This document shows, in pieces, positions 21,510-30,536 of a stretch of DNA of 37,770 nt. The stretch is from a virus. A program made the position numbers and the translations under genes. Position 1 is the first letter of the stretch, and each line of letters opens with the position of its first letter. A model generated the notes under the pieces. The model ran no database searches. It saw only the letters and a program-made list of their open reading frames with translations, and was not told where the DNA came from. The stretch lies in the UHGV virus genome UHGV-1359486; one strand, 5' to 3'.

Positions 21510-21544
21510 CTGATAAGTATTGTCCATTTGGTCATTACTGTCAA
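21510..21544 (-). promoter_or_regulatory. Late promoter PR' (probable Q-utilisation region)
   Basis: Minus strand TTGACA - 17 nt - AATACT, overlapping the Q stop codon. Confidence 0.5.
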
Positions 21545-22044
21545 TAGCAAAGTTCAGTAATTTTGCGTACTTTACCCACACGTTTGCGACTGTTCATTAC
21601 ATTTCGCAGAGGTTCGTATAGCAACCACTGAGCCGCTTTGAGTTTTTCGTCAACCTCACGGCGACATGTCCGCATAGATGGAACCTTTATTTTCCCTCCT
21701 GAGCGCGTGTTCATTTTGCGTGGTTTTGCAACGCCGTGATAGTAAGATGCAATCGACAGCTTGGATGAGCCGTGAGCATAGTAACTGAGCAGTATTCCGT
21801 AAGCCTGTGTGTCAGTGGCGATAACTGAATCTACGACCTGAGAAATCAACATTCCGTCATCGTCATTGCACATTGGTCTTGTTGGGTTTTTATCCGGCTC
21901 TACAGTCTGCATGAACTTATAAATCATGTTGATCATGCGAATATCAATCCGGCCTGAATATACCCACGCACCCCACAGCTCAAGCCACTGGTTAAGCCAG
22001 TCATACTGCTCTTTGGTGAGTTCCTTTTCTCCGATATAGCTCAT
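21541..22044 (-). CDS. Late-gene antiterminator Q (P22 gp23-type)
   Basis: 167 aa; WGAW and CNDDDGMLI motifs recalled from P22-type Q; directly upstream of PR'. Confidence 0.7.
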   Translation of the reverse strand: MSYIGEKELTKEQYDWLNQWLELWGAWVYSGRIDIRMINMIYKFMQTVEPDKNPTRPMCNDDDGMLISQVVDSVIATDTQAYGILLSYYAHGSSKLSIASYYHGVAKPRKMNTRSGGKIKVPSMRTCRREVDEKLKAAQWLLYEPLRNVMNSRKRVGKVRKITELCY

Positions 22045-22244
22045 CTTACCTCCGGCAAAACAGTGTGTTTGTGGCAGTCGTACCTGGTGCTGAACGCCTT
22101 CCTCAGTAGCAACTCCCTGCTTTCGCCGACTTCCTGTCGAACCTTGAGATATCCGTCTCTTTTCTGTGTGACTACGTGGTGATGCTTTGTTTCACGCCTG
22201 AGCCACCTGGCTTCTTCGATTGCTGCCGCTATGTCTGTGAACAT
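22041..22244 (-). CDS. nin-region small protein (67 aa)
   Basis: ATGA-coupled to Q; overlaps NinG end. Confidence 0.5.
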   Translation of the reverse strand: MFTDIAAAIEEARWLRRETKHHHVVTQKRDGYLKVRQEVGESRELLLRKAFSTRYDCHKHTVLPEVR

Positions 22245-22828
22245 GATTTCAGCTCCTTCAGTTTCCGCCGGTACTCATCCCGGATCCGTTCGTAGTCCTC
22301 TCGTTTCCATTTCGGCAACTCATGCACACCCATCAGGCGGTCGAAGCGTTCCTGGCCGATTTTTTCAATCAGTGCCGGCCGGTAGTTTTCGATGTTTCCG
22401 GAGAGATGGTTATTACACGCGGAACATTGTTTATGTACGTTATCTTCATCAAATCGCAGTTCAGGCATTGCCTTTGTGGTTCGATAGTGCCCGGCGTGAT
22501 ACTGCCCTGCGTGGTGACGGCCGCAGCTGATGCACGGAAGGTCTTTATCCCGTTCACGGATGTATGCGTTGAATGCGGTCTGTGCTTGTTTTGCGAAATA
22601 TGAGAGGGGTTTTACTGCTAACTTGCGGATTTTGAGTTTGTCTTTTTCTTCACGTTTTTTCTGCTGCTGCTCCTTTTTTAGTTTGGCCTCGGCCTTTTCC
22701 CTTTCCCTGCTTCGTCGCTTTATTGCCAACTCAGCACCATGCTCCGGACAGCACCACCATTCGTTACTGAATTTCGGGTGAAACCATGCCCGGCATATCA
22801 GGCACTTTCGCCGAGATTGTTTTGCCAC
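22229..22828 (-). CDS. ninG: NinG/Rap recombination-associated nuclease
   Basis: 199 aa, GTG start; WFHP, CxxC pairs, DLPCISCG, AGHYRT, HKQCxxCN as in lambda NinG. Confidence 0.85.
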   Translation of the reverse strand: MAKQSRRKCLICRAWFHPKFSNEWWCCPEHGAELAIKRRSREREKAEAKLKKEQQQKKREEKDKLKIRKLAVKPLSYFAKQAQTAFNAYIRERDKDLPCISCGRHHAGQYHAGHYRTTKAMPELRFDEDNVHKQCSACNNHLSGNIENYRPALIEKIGQERFDRLMGVHELPKWKREDYERIRDEYRRKLKELKSCSQT

Positions 22829-22900
22829 ATTTCACCTCACGATAAACTGATGCCGATAGCCAGAACGAACAACACCCAGCACAATACGAACGGGATATAT

Positions 22901-23074
22901 TTACGCATCACCCTCTCCTTTGATTTTCTCAACCACTTCCAGATGCGGACATTCGCTGGCGCATTCTTCGCACACGCTGACCTCGTCCGGCTTCATGATT
23001 TCGTCACACATCGGGCACCTTGGGCGGAATAATTTATGTATTACGTCATTCCACTGCATCATTCTTTCACCCAT
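22901..23074 (-). CDS. Small zinc-ribbon protein (57 aa from ATG)
   Basis: CPMC...CEEC motif pairs. Confidence 0.4.
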   Translation of the reverse strand: MGERMMQWNDVIHKLFRPRCPMCDEIMKPDEVSVCEECASECPHLEVVEKIKGEGDA

Positions 23075-23084
23075 ATTGCTTTTC

Positions 23085-23510
23085 TTACCCACAGCGCACC
23101 TCCCGCAGCATTGCGTCCATTCTGGTTATGAGCGACCGTCCAAAATCCGGAGTGATGTGCGCCTTGCTGACCACCTTCCCGCAAAATTCAATGCGCTTTG
23201 GCGGCTCTTCAGGAATAACAACCTCCTGGATGACAGGCGCTTCCGGTTTGCTTCTTGATTCATTTCGGTGCTGATACAGACGGGTAACAGCATGCGGCGA
23301 TACCGCATATAACGGTGCCGGGTGTCCCTGTTTGCTGCGGATACTTCCTACTTTCACAAGGCATCCCATATTCACCATCTCCTTGGTGTATGGCCACATG
23401 TTTTCTTTTGACGAGCCGCAGCGCAGCGCTATCTCAGTGTTGGTGAGTTGGTCGATATCTCTGCATCGCCTGATGATTTCCACATATGTGCTGAATTGAT
23501 AATCTGTCAT
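23085..23510 (-). CDS. nin-region protein, possible HTH DNA-binding (141 aa)
   Basis: ATG at 23508-23510 with AGGA upstream. Confidence 0.5.
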   Translation of the reverse strand: MTDYQFSTYVEIIRRCRDIDQLTNTEIALRCGSSKENMWPYTKEMVNMGCLVKVGSIRSKQGHPAPLYAVSPHAVTRLYQHRNESRSKPEAPVIQEVVIPEEPPKRIEFCGKVVSKAHITPDFGRSLITRMDAMLREVRCG

Positions 23511-23704
23511 CGCCACATCCTGTTAACCATTGCTCGTGGTGTTGGTTTCAGATATTTGACCACCGGCAGATACACGGTGACGTCGAAATACTGAGGATTG
23601 ATATTCAGTGACTTCACCGGGTTATATCCTTTGCGCCTGTAGTGAGCACATAGGTTATCGGCTTCGTCATTGGTGAGAAGCTGGTGTATGTGCGGTTCTT
23701 TCAT
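23507..23704 (-). CDS. nin-region small protein (65 aa)
   Basis: ATGA translational coupling. Confidence 0.45.
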   Translation of the reverse strand: MKEPHIHQLLTNDEADNLCAHYRRKGYNPVKSLNINPQYFDVTVYLPVVKYLKPTPRAMVNRMWR

Positions 23705-23886
23705 GATCTCTGATTCTCCTTATCAATCACCTGCTGGCATATTGCCTGCGCCCTGTCACCAGCTATCAGCTCGCGTGTTTTTGCATGCAGCGCCCGCCTG
23801 GCCGGTAACAAAAATTCAGACCCATACCACACGCTGGCCGCAAACACCCTACTGGCGATAAATGCTATGTGTTGTGTTTCTGTCAT
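23701..23886 (-). CDS. nin-region small protein (61 aa)
   Basis: ORF with ATG; coupled to downstream gene. Confidence 0.45.
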   Translation of the reverse strand: MTETQHIAFIASRVFAASVWYGSEFLLPARRALHAKTRELIAGDRAQAICQQVIDKENQRS

Positions 23887-23897
23887 GCGTCCTGCTC

Positions 23898-24344
23898 CTA
23901 AAAAAATGACAGCAACCGGTTCTCAGTGATGTCACTGCACCCCCGGAAGATGTGCTTTAATGCGGCATTGACTATCGCGTGATAACAGCGTTCAAACTCG
24001 TCTGATTCCATATCGCCATACGCGAGGCTCTTAGCCTCTGTGCGGACACTTCCGTCCAACCTGACCGTTTGCTCATAGAAACCGGAAAGTATCGTCAGAT
24101 CCTTCCTGAAGCGGTCAAATTGGCTGTGCTCGTCCATATTCTCCAATCCGGCACGATTGCCGCACCAGTGGTCAAAGCAGAACTTGAAGAAGGCGAACAT
24201 TTTTCGGTGAAAGGATGGATTGCGGGAGAGTTTGATATTGAAGGCGTACATTTCGCCGTTCTTGAACTTTGTTAATCGCGGTAGGTCGTGCTCAAATGCC
24301 GGTACAAATACGCCGTTAGCGCCTTTGACCATGCTTATTTCCAT
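23898..24344 (-). CDS. nin-region protein of unknown function (148 aa)
   Basis: ORF with ATG. Confidence 0.5.
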   Translation of the reverse strand: MEISMVKGANGVFVPAFEHDLPRLTKFKNGEMYAFNIKLSRNPSFHRKMFAFFKFCFDHWCGNRAGLENMDEHSQFDRFRKDLTILSGFYEQTVRLDGSVRTEAKSLAYGDMESDEFERCYHAIVNAALKHIFRGCSDITENRLLSFF

Positions 24345-24352
24345 TTAGCCTC

Positions 24353-24727
24353 CTATTCCTCCGGCTCTATTCCTGTTTCAAAAAAGCTTAAACGCCCTTT
24401 CATCTGCACGAATGGCAACGTTCGGCTATCCGCCAGAACAAAACCTTTCTCGCCAAAGAACCACGGCGATTCACTTTGTTCCACGCAGTCGGTGATTGTG
24501 GTTACCCCGACAATTCCGCCGGTTTCAAACTCCCAACGGCACGGCATCTTAATCCCGAGACGGCAGGCAATAGCATGCGCAGCATTGTAGTCACTCCACT
24601 TTACTCCCTGCGATGCATGAACAAGAACCTGACCGCGATACTTCGTGCGCCAGCTGCGGTTTTCAATGTCTTTATGCCCGCTGACGATCAGCCACGCCCA
24701 CGGCTGTCTGATTGATATTGCTTTCAT
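24353..24727 (-). CDS. ASCH-domain protein
   Basis: N-terminal KAISIRQPWAWLIVSGHKDIENR typical of ASCH/PUA-like domain. Confidence 0.6.
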   Translation of the reverse strand: MKAISIRQPWAWLIVSGHKDIENRSWRTKYRGQVLVHASQGVKWSDYNAAHAIACRLGIKMPCRWEFETGGIVGVTTITDCVEQSESPWFFGEKGFVLADSRTLPFVQMKGRLSFFETGIEPEE

Positions 24728-24921
24728 CACTCCTCCGGTGGTTGTGGCAGTGGCATCCAGTGGGTTACATTGCCGATTATGTGATTAAAAAAACCAGATC
24801 GGTGAATAAATTCTGATTCAGTAAAAAAGCAATCGATCACCCACCCATCTTTATCTCTAACCATCACATTCGTGTATCGGCCAGGCATTCTTTCCGAGCA
24901 CTTAATCCATTCCATCTTCAT
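24727..24921 (-). CDS. nin-region small protein (DUF551-like C-terminus THWMPLPQPP)
   Basis: 64 aa; motif recalled from prophage DUF551 proteins. Confidence 0.45.
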   Translation of the reverse strand: MKMEWIKCSERMPGRYTNVMVRDKDGWVIDCFFTESEFIHRSGFFNHIIGNVTHWMPLPQPPEE

Positions 24922-25111
24922 CTCCTTTTGGCGGTGTCTGGTACGGCAGTCTGCTGCGAACTCCGGTCATGTAGGCGCGGTACAATCTTCTAATTTCATC
25001 GTGTGCATAAGTCCAATGACCGTCCTGCTTCTCTATCCTGAAGAACAGAATAAATTCGACCGGGCGTATCAACTCACCAGCACACCACTTTTCAAAATCC
25101 GTTGGTTTCAT
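24902..25111 (-). CDS. nin-region small protein (69 aa)
   Basis: ORF with ATG. Confidence 0.45.
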   Translation of the reverse strand: MKPTDFEKWCAGELIRPVEFILFFRIEKQDGHWTYAHDEIRRLYRAYMTGVRSRLPYQTPPKGDEDGMD

Positions 25112-25113
25112 AA

Positions 25114-25251
25114 TCAGGATTCCTCCTCGCCATTCACCGCGGCAATAAGTTTTTCAAACAAGCGGTCTTCAACTTCTCCGCCGAATCCCTCCTCGAAAAG
25201 CCGCTCCAGTAACTCGATAACGAGAGTCTGTTCTTCTTTGGTTAATTCCAT
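25114..25251 (-). CDS. Small acidic protein (45 aa)
   Basis: Hand-translated MELTKEEQTLVIELLERLFEEGFGGEVEDRLFEKLIAAVNGEEES; AAGGA upstream; below track cut-off. Confidence 0.35.
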   Translation of the reverse strand: MELTKEEQTLVIELLERLFEEGFGGEVEDRLFEKLIAAVNGEEES

Positions 25252-25338
25252 AATCAAAAGTCCTTCTGTCTTGGGTTATGCCGCGCCGGTGGTTCGGCAC
25301 GCTGATAAATCCCAGGACACTTCCCCCGCAGGAAGCAT

Positions 25339-25605
25339 CTACCGGATATTAATGTTTGATTTTTTACTTGCTACCTGTATGAAATAACGCAATAAATCGA
25401 CTGTCATCCATTGCTTTTCTGTGAGGTGGTATACCCATGAAATCAGTTTCTCTGCTGTATTGCAGACCTCAATATTGATTTCATAATTATTAATTTCGTC
25501 GTCACTTAGACGAAAAACGAAGTAGTTACCTTCAACTGTTAAAATCTTGCTCAATTCTTCGTATTTGGCTTTAACTTCACCGGTATCCATTTGTTTTAAA
25601 CTCAT
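25339..25605 (-). CDS. Hypothetical protein (88 aa) downstream of helicase
   Basis: ATGA overlap with helicase stop. Confidence 0.5.
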   Translation of the reverse strand: MSLKQMDTGEVKAKYEELSKILTVEGNYFVFRLSDDEINNYEINIEVCNTAEKLISWVYHLTEKQWMTVDLLRYFIQVASKKSNINIR

Positions 25606-26969
25606 ACATCTGCTCCTTTAAATCTGCGTTGTGCTGGCTGGCTGCTCTGCTGACAGATATTTGCGGCCATAGCCTGGTCCGTATCGAGAAAGTGCCCGTC
25701 TTTGAATAGCTGATACACGGTCCCTAATTTCCCGAATCGGTTCTTTGTTACGATAATTTCAGCATAGTTCGCTGCGGGGGAGTTCTCATTATACACGCCG
25801 TCCCGGTACAGCATGATGATGGCATCCGCATCCTGCTCAACGCTTCCTGAATCGCGAAGGTCAGCATTCGTCGGGCGCTTGTTTGGGCGTTTTTCCACAT
25901 CACGGGATAACTGGCTGAGAGAGATAACCGGGGTCCGCAGGTCCTTAGCCATTGCTTTCAGGCTTGCTGAAATGTGACCAATAGCCAGGTCATTACGCTC
26001 TGCCTTTGGTTTTTCAATCAGGCCGAGGTAGTCGACAAGGATAAGAGATAAATTCGGATTGGCCCGCTTGTGCCGACCTGATATCGCACGGATTTGTTCG
26101 ACCGTTAATTTACTGGCATCGACAACCCAAACATCGAGATCCACTATGCGGCCCATGCCGACGGTAACCTTTGTCCAGTCTTCCTGGTCCATCTTCGCCG
26201 GATTACGCAGGGATGAAACCGGCATGCTTGCGGCCCCTGCAATCTGACGCTCGATAATCTGCTGAGAGTCCATTTCCATTGAGAAAATCAAAACGCCTTT
26301 CTTCTGGCTGGTCCCGCGAATGGTCTGTGAAGCAACGCCTTTGGTTATTCTCAGCGCCAGCTCTGTCTTACCCATGCCGGGCCGGGCCGCAACAATAACC
26401 AGGTCAACAGGGTTTATCCCGCCAGTAATATCATCAAGGTCCGGGATGCCGGTTTTCAGCGTGTCAGATTCATAGCCATTCTGGACCCGCTTTTCAAGCA
26501 TCTGCGCGTAGTCTTCGGCTATTTCCTTCAGGTGAACGGGCCGGATCTCATCCTGCGGGGCCCGGATTTCAGATGCCTTTGCCAGAAACTGGTCCATTGC
26601 TTCAGTCGCTGCGTCGACGGTCCCGTGTTCGATTTGTCCGCGCACAGAGTCCATCAGCTCAATCATCTTCCGGCGGCAGTGAAGGTCCACAACCATCTTC
26701 GCGTAGCCTTTCAGGTTGGCGGCGCTCGGACAGTTTTTCGCGGCCTCCATCACGTTGCTGAACTGATCACCCATTTCCTCGGCAACCATCAGAACGTCAA
26801 TCAGGCCACGGGCCTTCGCCTGCTTCCTGATAACCTCATAGGTCCTGCGGCAAAATCCGGACCCGAAGAATTCAGGCTCCATCGTGGCGAGAACATCACT
26901 GGCATCCTGTGTTAACCCGCTAATCAGCAGGCCACCGATAACACTCGATTCAACTTCAAAATTAATCAC
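25602..26969 (-). CDS. Replicative DNA helicase, DnaB family (P22 gene 12 analogue)
   Basis: GTG 2 nt after O stop with GGGAGG RBS; Walker A ARPGMGKT; DnaB N-terminal motif; track ORF 25602..27125 extends upstream in frame. Confidence 0.85.
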   Translation of the reverse strand: MINFEVESSVIGGLLISGLTQDASDVLATMEPEFFGSGFCRRTYEVIRKQAKARGLIDVLMVAEEMGDQFSNVMEAAKNCPSAANLKGYAKMVVDLHCRRKMIELMDSVRGQIEHGTVDAATEAMDQFLAKASEIRAPQDEIRPVHLKEIAEDYAQMLEKRVQNGYESDTLKTGIPDLDDITGGINPVDLVIVAARPGMGKTELALRITKGVASQTIRGTSQKKGVLIFSMEMDSQQIIERQIAGAASMPVSSLRNPAKMDQEDWTKVTVGMGRIVDLDVWVVDASKLTVEQIRAISGRHKRANPNLSLILVDYLGLIEKPKAERNDLAIGHISASLKAMAKDLRTPVISLSQLSRDVEKRPNKRPTNADLRDSGSVEQDADAIIMLYRDGVYNENSPAANYAEIIVTKNRFGKLGTVYQLFKDGHFLDTDQAMAANICQQSSQPAQRRFKGADV

Positions 26970-26971
26970 GA

Positions 26972-27808
26972 CTACCTCCCTGTGAGACTTGGTTTTCCTT
27001 CGCGGACCGCTGTGAGCGTGTCTTCCTTCAGCAGATATTCGATGTCGGCCGTCCATCCGCGATCGCCTTCCCCGAAGTAAAATGGCTTGGCCATCCTGAC
27101 GAAAGCCCTGACATAGGCCCGCCATCCGTCGACGTTTGGAGTTGCCAGTTTCGGTATTATTTTCTTCAGGTCACGCTTTCGCTTCTCAGTGACATCGATG
27201 GCGTGAGGCAGGCGATCACCAACTTCCTCGTTGTAGGCAATGAGATATTCGTCGTAATTGATTTTCACTGCCCGGCGCTTTTTAGGTTTAACCAACCCTT
27301 CCGTTTCACCCCCAACGGGGGTATGGGGGTTAGTTTCTTTCTTTTCTTTTGTAATAGTTTCTTTTGTGTGACTCTGTTTTGGTGACAACGCTGTCACCGT
27401 TTTGGTGACACTTTTTGTCACTGTTTTGGTGACATTGTCACCAGAGTAGTTACACCCCGTTATTTCCCACTCACTCACGTTCTTGTTTGGCCCGATTCTC
27501 GGTCCATCCATAACGACTACACGCATTGCTATCAGCTCGTTTTTCGCCTTGTTAACTTTCTGACGTGGCAGGTTGGTCAGTTCGCTTAACTGGCTGTCAG
27601 CAATGCGGTCCGACTTCTTGCCAAAGCCGTAAGTTTTCCGGCAAATGGCGTGTGCTACCTTGGCCTGATTTTTTGTTAAGTCGGCGCCTATCAGGGCCTC
27701 ATACAGAGCATTTGCAAGTCTGGTGTACCCATCATCAAGATCTGCCACCGTTGGCCTCTCTTGCCGTCGTGCGGCTCCAAAGTGAGCGTATGCAACGTTA
27801 CTGTTCAT
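26972..27808 (-). CDS. Replication initiator O (lambda O / P22 gp18 family)
   Basis: N-terminal domain [30 protein letters not shown]...[11 protein letters not shown] matches lambda O; ATG at 27806-27808 with GGAGG. Confidence 0.85.
   Translation of the reverse strand: MNSNVAYAHFGAARRQERPTVADLDDGYTRLANALYEALIGADLTKNQAKVAHAICRKTYGFGKKSDRIADSQLSELTNLPRQKVNKAKNELIAMRVVVMDGPRIGPNKNVSEWEITGCNYSGDNVTKTVTKSVTKTVTALSPKQSHTKETITKEKKETNPHTPVGGETEGLVKPKKRRAVKINYDEYLIAYNEEVGDRLPHAIDVTEKRKRDLKKIIPKLATPNVDGWRAYVRAFVRMAKPFYFGEGDRGWTADIEYLLKEDTLTAVREGKPSLTGR
27331..27442. repeat. Replication origin: AT-rich tract plus three dyad-symmetric iterons (GGTGACA..TGTCAC) at 27381, 27404, 27428
   Basis: Read directly: GGTGACAACGCTGTCACC, GGTGACACTTTTTGTCAC, GGTGACATTGTCACC each preceded by TGTTTT/CGTTTT, about 23-bp period, inside the O gene. 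Confidence 0.7.
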
Positions 27809-27968
27809 GCCGTTTACCTCCGGTGATTTCCTGTCGGTGTTCAAGGCGTAATTTCGCATCATCAAATGCCGCCCTGAGTGCCTTTGCTCCCTGCTCCGTT
27901 ACGGCTCTCGCCTCACGTTCCCGCATGATGTTTTTGTGCACAGCGCTGTAATTAAACCGTTGTTTCAT
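27798..27968 (-). CDS. Possible small basic protein (56 aa) between cII and O
   Basis: Hand-translated ORF, weak RBS; stop overlaps O start. Confidence 0.25.
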   Translation of the reverse strand: MKQRFNYSAVHKNIMREREARAVTEQGAKALRAAFDDAKLRLEHRQEITGGKRHEQ

Positions 27969-27994
27969 GTATAATTACTCCAGTGTGTGATTTA

Positions 27995-28321
27995 CTAATG
28001 CGCCTCTGCTGCTCCAACAGCCGGGGCGTTTTCTTTTGTTCTCATCAGAGAGAGTTCGCCGATCTGCTTCCACAGAAACCGGTACTCTTCCTCGCTGATT
28101 TTCTTCTCGCCTGGCAAAACAAAATCTGTGATACCGGCTGCGGCCAATGTCTCGCATATCTCCGGTAACTTTTCTGTTCTGCGTAAGACTGTTGAATCGT
28201 GTACACCGAGCAGTTTTGCAACCACTGTCTGTGTGGTACTTCTCAGTGCCTGATGAGCAGTTGCCATCAGATGATTTGACACAAACCGGTTAAACGATTT
28301 GCGTGGATTTGCATTTTCCAT
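27995..28321 (-). CDS. CII-like transcriptional activator
   Basis: 108 aa with HTH (TQTVVAKLLGVHDSTVLRR); between cro and O. Confidence 0.65.
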   Translation of the reverse strand: MENANPRKSFNRFVSNHLMATAHQALRSTTQTVVAKLLGVHDSTVLRRTEKLPEICETLAAAGITDFVLPGEKKISEEEYRFLWKQIGELSLMRTKENAPAVGAAEAH

Positions 28322-28391
28322 TTGTTAAATTCCTTTTGACGTAGTTAATCCGTTGCTCACTTCCTGTGAGGTGCTTGCTGTGTTGAAAAAT

Positions 28392-28434
28392 GTTCCAGCA
28401 CATATCCGGAACGGGCTAAATTGTGTAAAGAGCG
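28392..28434 (-). promoter_or_regulatory. nutR-like site: boxA CGCTCTTTACACAA + hairpin with loop AUAUGUG and U-run
   Basis: Read on minus strand between cro and cII. Confidence 0.45.
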
Positions 28435-28443
28435 GTGCTGATT

Positions 28444-28644
28444 TTATTTTTTGCCTTGTTGTAGCCACGCCGCGCTACATTTCAGGGCTTTTGATAATTC
28501 AAAAATGAATCGTGGGCGCTTAGTTGAACCAGACTCAATCGCCTGGATAGATTGCTGCTTAATGCCAACAAGCTCAGCGAGTTGAGACTGAGTCAGATTC
28601 AACTCACAACGCCGAGCTTTTACACGTTGAGAGATGGTTTCCAT
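28444..28644 (-). CDS. cro: Cro-like repressor
   Basis: 66 aa XRE-type HTH (LTQSQLAELVGIKQQSIQAIESG); divergent from cI across operator region. Confidence 0.8.
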   Translation of the reverse strand: METISQRVKARRCELNLTQSQLAELVGIKQQSIQAIESGSTKRPRFIFELSKALKCSAAWLQQGKK

Positions 28645-28661
28645 ACTTTCTTATCTCCTTT

Positions 28662-28724
28662 ATACAGTTTTATCTGTATTTAATAACAGATACACCTGTT
28701 TGTCAAATACAGTTTTTATTGTGA
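28662..28724. promoter_or_regulatory. OR operator region: three 18-bp sites (28662-28679 ATACAGTTTTATCTGTAT; 28684-28701; 28707-28724) with PR (-35 TTGACA, -10 TTAAAT on minus strand)
   Basis: Inverted-repeat half-sites ACAG/CTGT read directly between cro and cI. Confidence 0.7.
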
Positions 28725-28752
28725 AAATCCCTTTATTACAGGGGGTGGAAAA

Positions 28753-29385
28753 ATGAGTCTTGCCAGCAGAGTAAAAAGTCGTCGCCTTGCGCTCGAAATG
28801 ACACAAACAGAGGCAGCAGAAAAAGCAGGAATTAAACAGCAGTCGTGGGCGTCTATTGAAGATGGTAAGACTGTTAAACCTCGTAATATAATTGCGATTG
28901 GCGCTGCATTGCAGTGCGACCCAGGGTGGCTGATGACGGGAGATAATATTCAGCCAATCAGCGAGGTAAATACACGGAAGATACCTCTAATTAGTTACGT
29001 ACAGGCGGGAAACTTGGCTGAAAGCATACCGATCAGTGATTGTGACGGGTCTTTTGAGTACGTTCTTACCGATCAGGACTTATCTCATAATGCGTTCGCC
29101 CTTCGTATTGAAGGTGATTCAATGGAGCCTGATTTTAAAACCGGCGATGTAGTGATTATCGATCCTGAGATAGAGCCGCATCCAGGTGAGTTTGTTGTCG
29201 CGTCTAATGGCGAGCAAGAGGCAACATTCAAGAAATACAGGCCTACCCATGTCATGATTAATGGTGACCAGCACTACGAGTTAGTCCCACTCAATGACGA
29301 CTATCCAGTGCTCGATAGCGAGAAAATCAATCTCCGGATAATCGGTACAATGGTAGAGCACCGAATTTACCGAAGAAAAAGGTAA
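28753..29385 (+). CDS. cI: CI-type repressor (HTH + S24 LexA-like autopeptidase domain)
   Basis: 210 aa; N-terminal HTH; GDSMEP (Ser) and FKKY (Lys) catalytic dyad context. Confidence 0.9.
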   Translation: MSLASRVKSRRLALEMTQTEAAEKAGIKQQSWASIEDGKTVKPRNIIAIGAALQCDPGWLMTGDNIQPISEVNTRKIPLISYVQAGNLAESIPISDCDGSFEYVLTDQDLSHNAFALRIEGDSMEPDFKTGDVVIIDPEIEPHPGEFVVASNGEQEATFKKYRPTHVMINGDQHYELVPLNDDYPVLDSEKINLRIIGTMVEHRIYRRKR

Positions 29386-29398
29386 CACGCATTTAAAC

Positions 29399-29422
29399 CA
29401 ACCCGCTTCGGCGGGTTTTTTT
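29399..29422 (+). terminator. Rho-independent terminator after cI
   Basis: CCCGC-TTCG-GCGGG followed by TTTTTTT. Confidence 0.65.
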
Positions 29423-29471
29423 GTATCTAAATTCCAATGAAAATCACCCGATTACAGTTTCATCGATAAAA

Positions 29472-29515
29472 ATACAGTTTTACCTGTTGACCAAATACAG
29501 TTTTACCTGTATCTT
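29472..29515 (+). promoter_or_regulatory. OL/PL: two operator sites (29472-29489, 29495-29512) overlapping -35 TTGACC and -10 TATCTT
   Basis: Same 18-bp operator family as OR (ATACAGTTTTACCTGT). Confidence 0.65.
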
Positions 29516-29555
29516 TTAATCATCAACGGCACGGAGCCAAAGATAAAACGGACTT

Positions 29556-29600
29556 AGCTCTTTTACAATCGGGAACCTGATCTGAATAAGAGTCAGATCA
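29556..29600 (+). promoter_or_regulatory. nutL-like site: boxA-like AGCTCTTTTACAA + 8-bp stem hairpin with loop AUAAGAG
   Basis: Read directly downstream of PL; loop resembles nutR hairpin loop. Confidence 0.45.
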
Positions 29601-29842
29601 CCACTGAGTGGTTTTTGGGATTGGTGAATGCCGGGTGCTGACCGGCAAGTGTAAGACCTAATGGGTGGTAGATATCGCTGGCTGTAGTCGGTTGAGTAAG
29701 CGCGTTGCAAGCCAGCACCGACCCAATAAACGACATGCGAAACCTTCGCCCCGGTGAAACTCCGGTGTCAACTAGCATGGCGCATAGACAAGCAGGAAAT
29801 CAGCACCTGCCACCAATCACCAAAAATTACTCAGGAGGCAAT

Positions 29843-30142
29843 ATGGCAACAATTACTGTTATTCCAAAGAAAGACAACGCGAAGAGCCGCCGGCTAGCAA
29901 AGCAAATGGCGTTCTGGGACAGAAAGCGTGAGGAGTATGCAGCGATGCCTAAAAGCCGCTCAGTGGAGGAGATTTTTGATTCAGTATTTGCGCCAGCGAA
30001 AGAAGAACGTCCGGCGCTGACACTGAAACCAACACAGTATTACCCGTCCGGTGATAACTGCTGCCTGCCTAAAGTGGCAATTTTCAGCGGGGTTAAGGTC
30101 AAGCAGCCGAAAGGTGATTTCGGGATTACAGTGCGAGCATAA
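29843..30142 (+). CDS. N-like antiterminator (99 aa)
   Basis: AGGAGG RBS; N-terminal Arg-rich motif KSRRLAKQMAFWDRKRE resembling lambda N ARM; first gene after PL/nutL. Confidence 0.6.
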   Translation: MATITVIPKKDNAKSRRLAKQMAFWDRKREEYAAMPKSRSVEEIFDSVFAPAKEERPALTLKPTQYYPSGDNCCLPKVAIFSGVKVKQPKGDFGITVRA

Positions 30143-30536
30143 CCTGATGGGCTGTGTGAGCGCAGATATTTTTATGTACCAACACCAGAACAGGCGCTAA
30201 ATCGGTCGCGTCAGGAATTAATAAAGTACCGTCAGCACCGGAGGATTTATGTAGAAGAAAAAGCGGGCAGACCGCAGCTGCATAGCGACAATGGTTAGGT
30301 AGTGACTACCCCCTGAGTAGCCTGATGGCTAGCCTGTGTAGCGACGGGTCAAGGTTTTTTATATCAAAAATAGCTCTGGTAAAGCAGCGGGAGCGCCAAG
30401 CCCGCACCAGTCATTAGCTGCCGATGGGCATGCAACCTCAAGGGCATGAGCGAGGCCACTGCGAGAGTGTGGCAACTAATCACAGCCCATTCGGTGAGTG
30501 GGCTATGGTGAGTTGATTAATAGATAGGAGATAGAG

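Noticed and set aside
27975-28157. 60-aa minus-strand ORF
   Set aside because: Overlaps cII in a different frame; no RBS.
30250-30255. RBS-like GGAGG followed by ATG-TAG start-stop
   Set aside because: Six-nucleotide coincidence; no further support.
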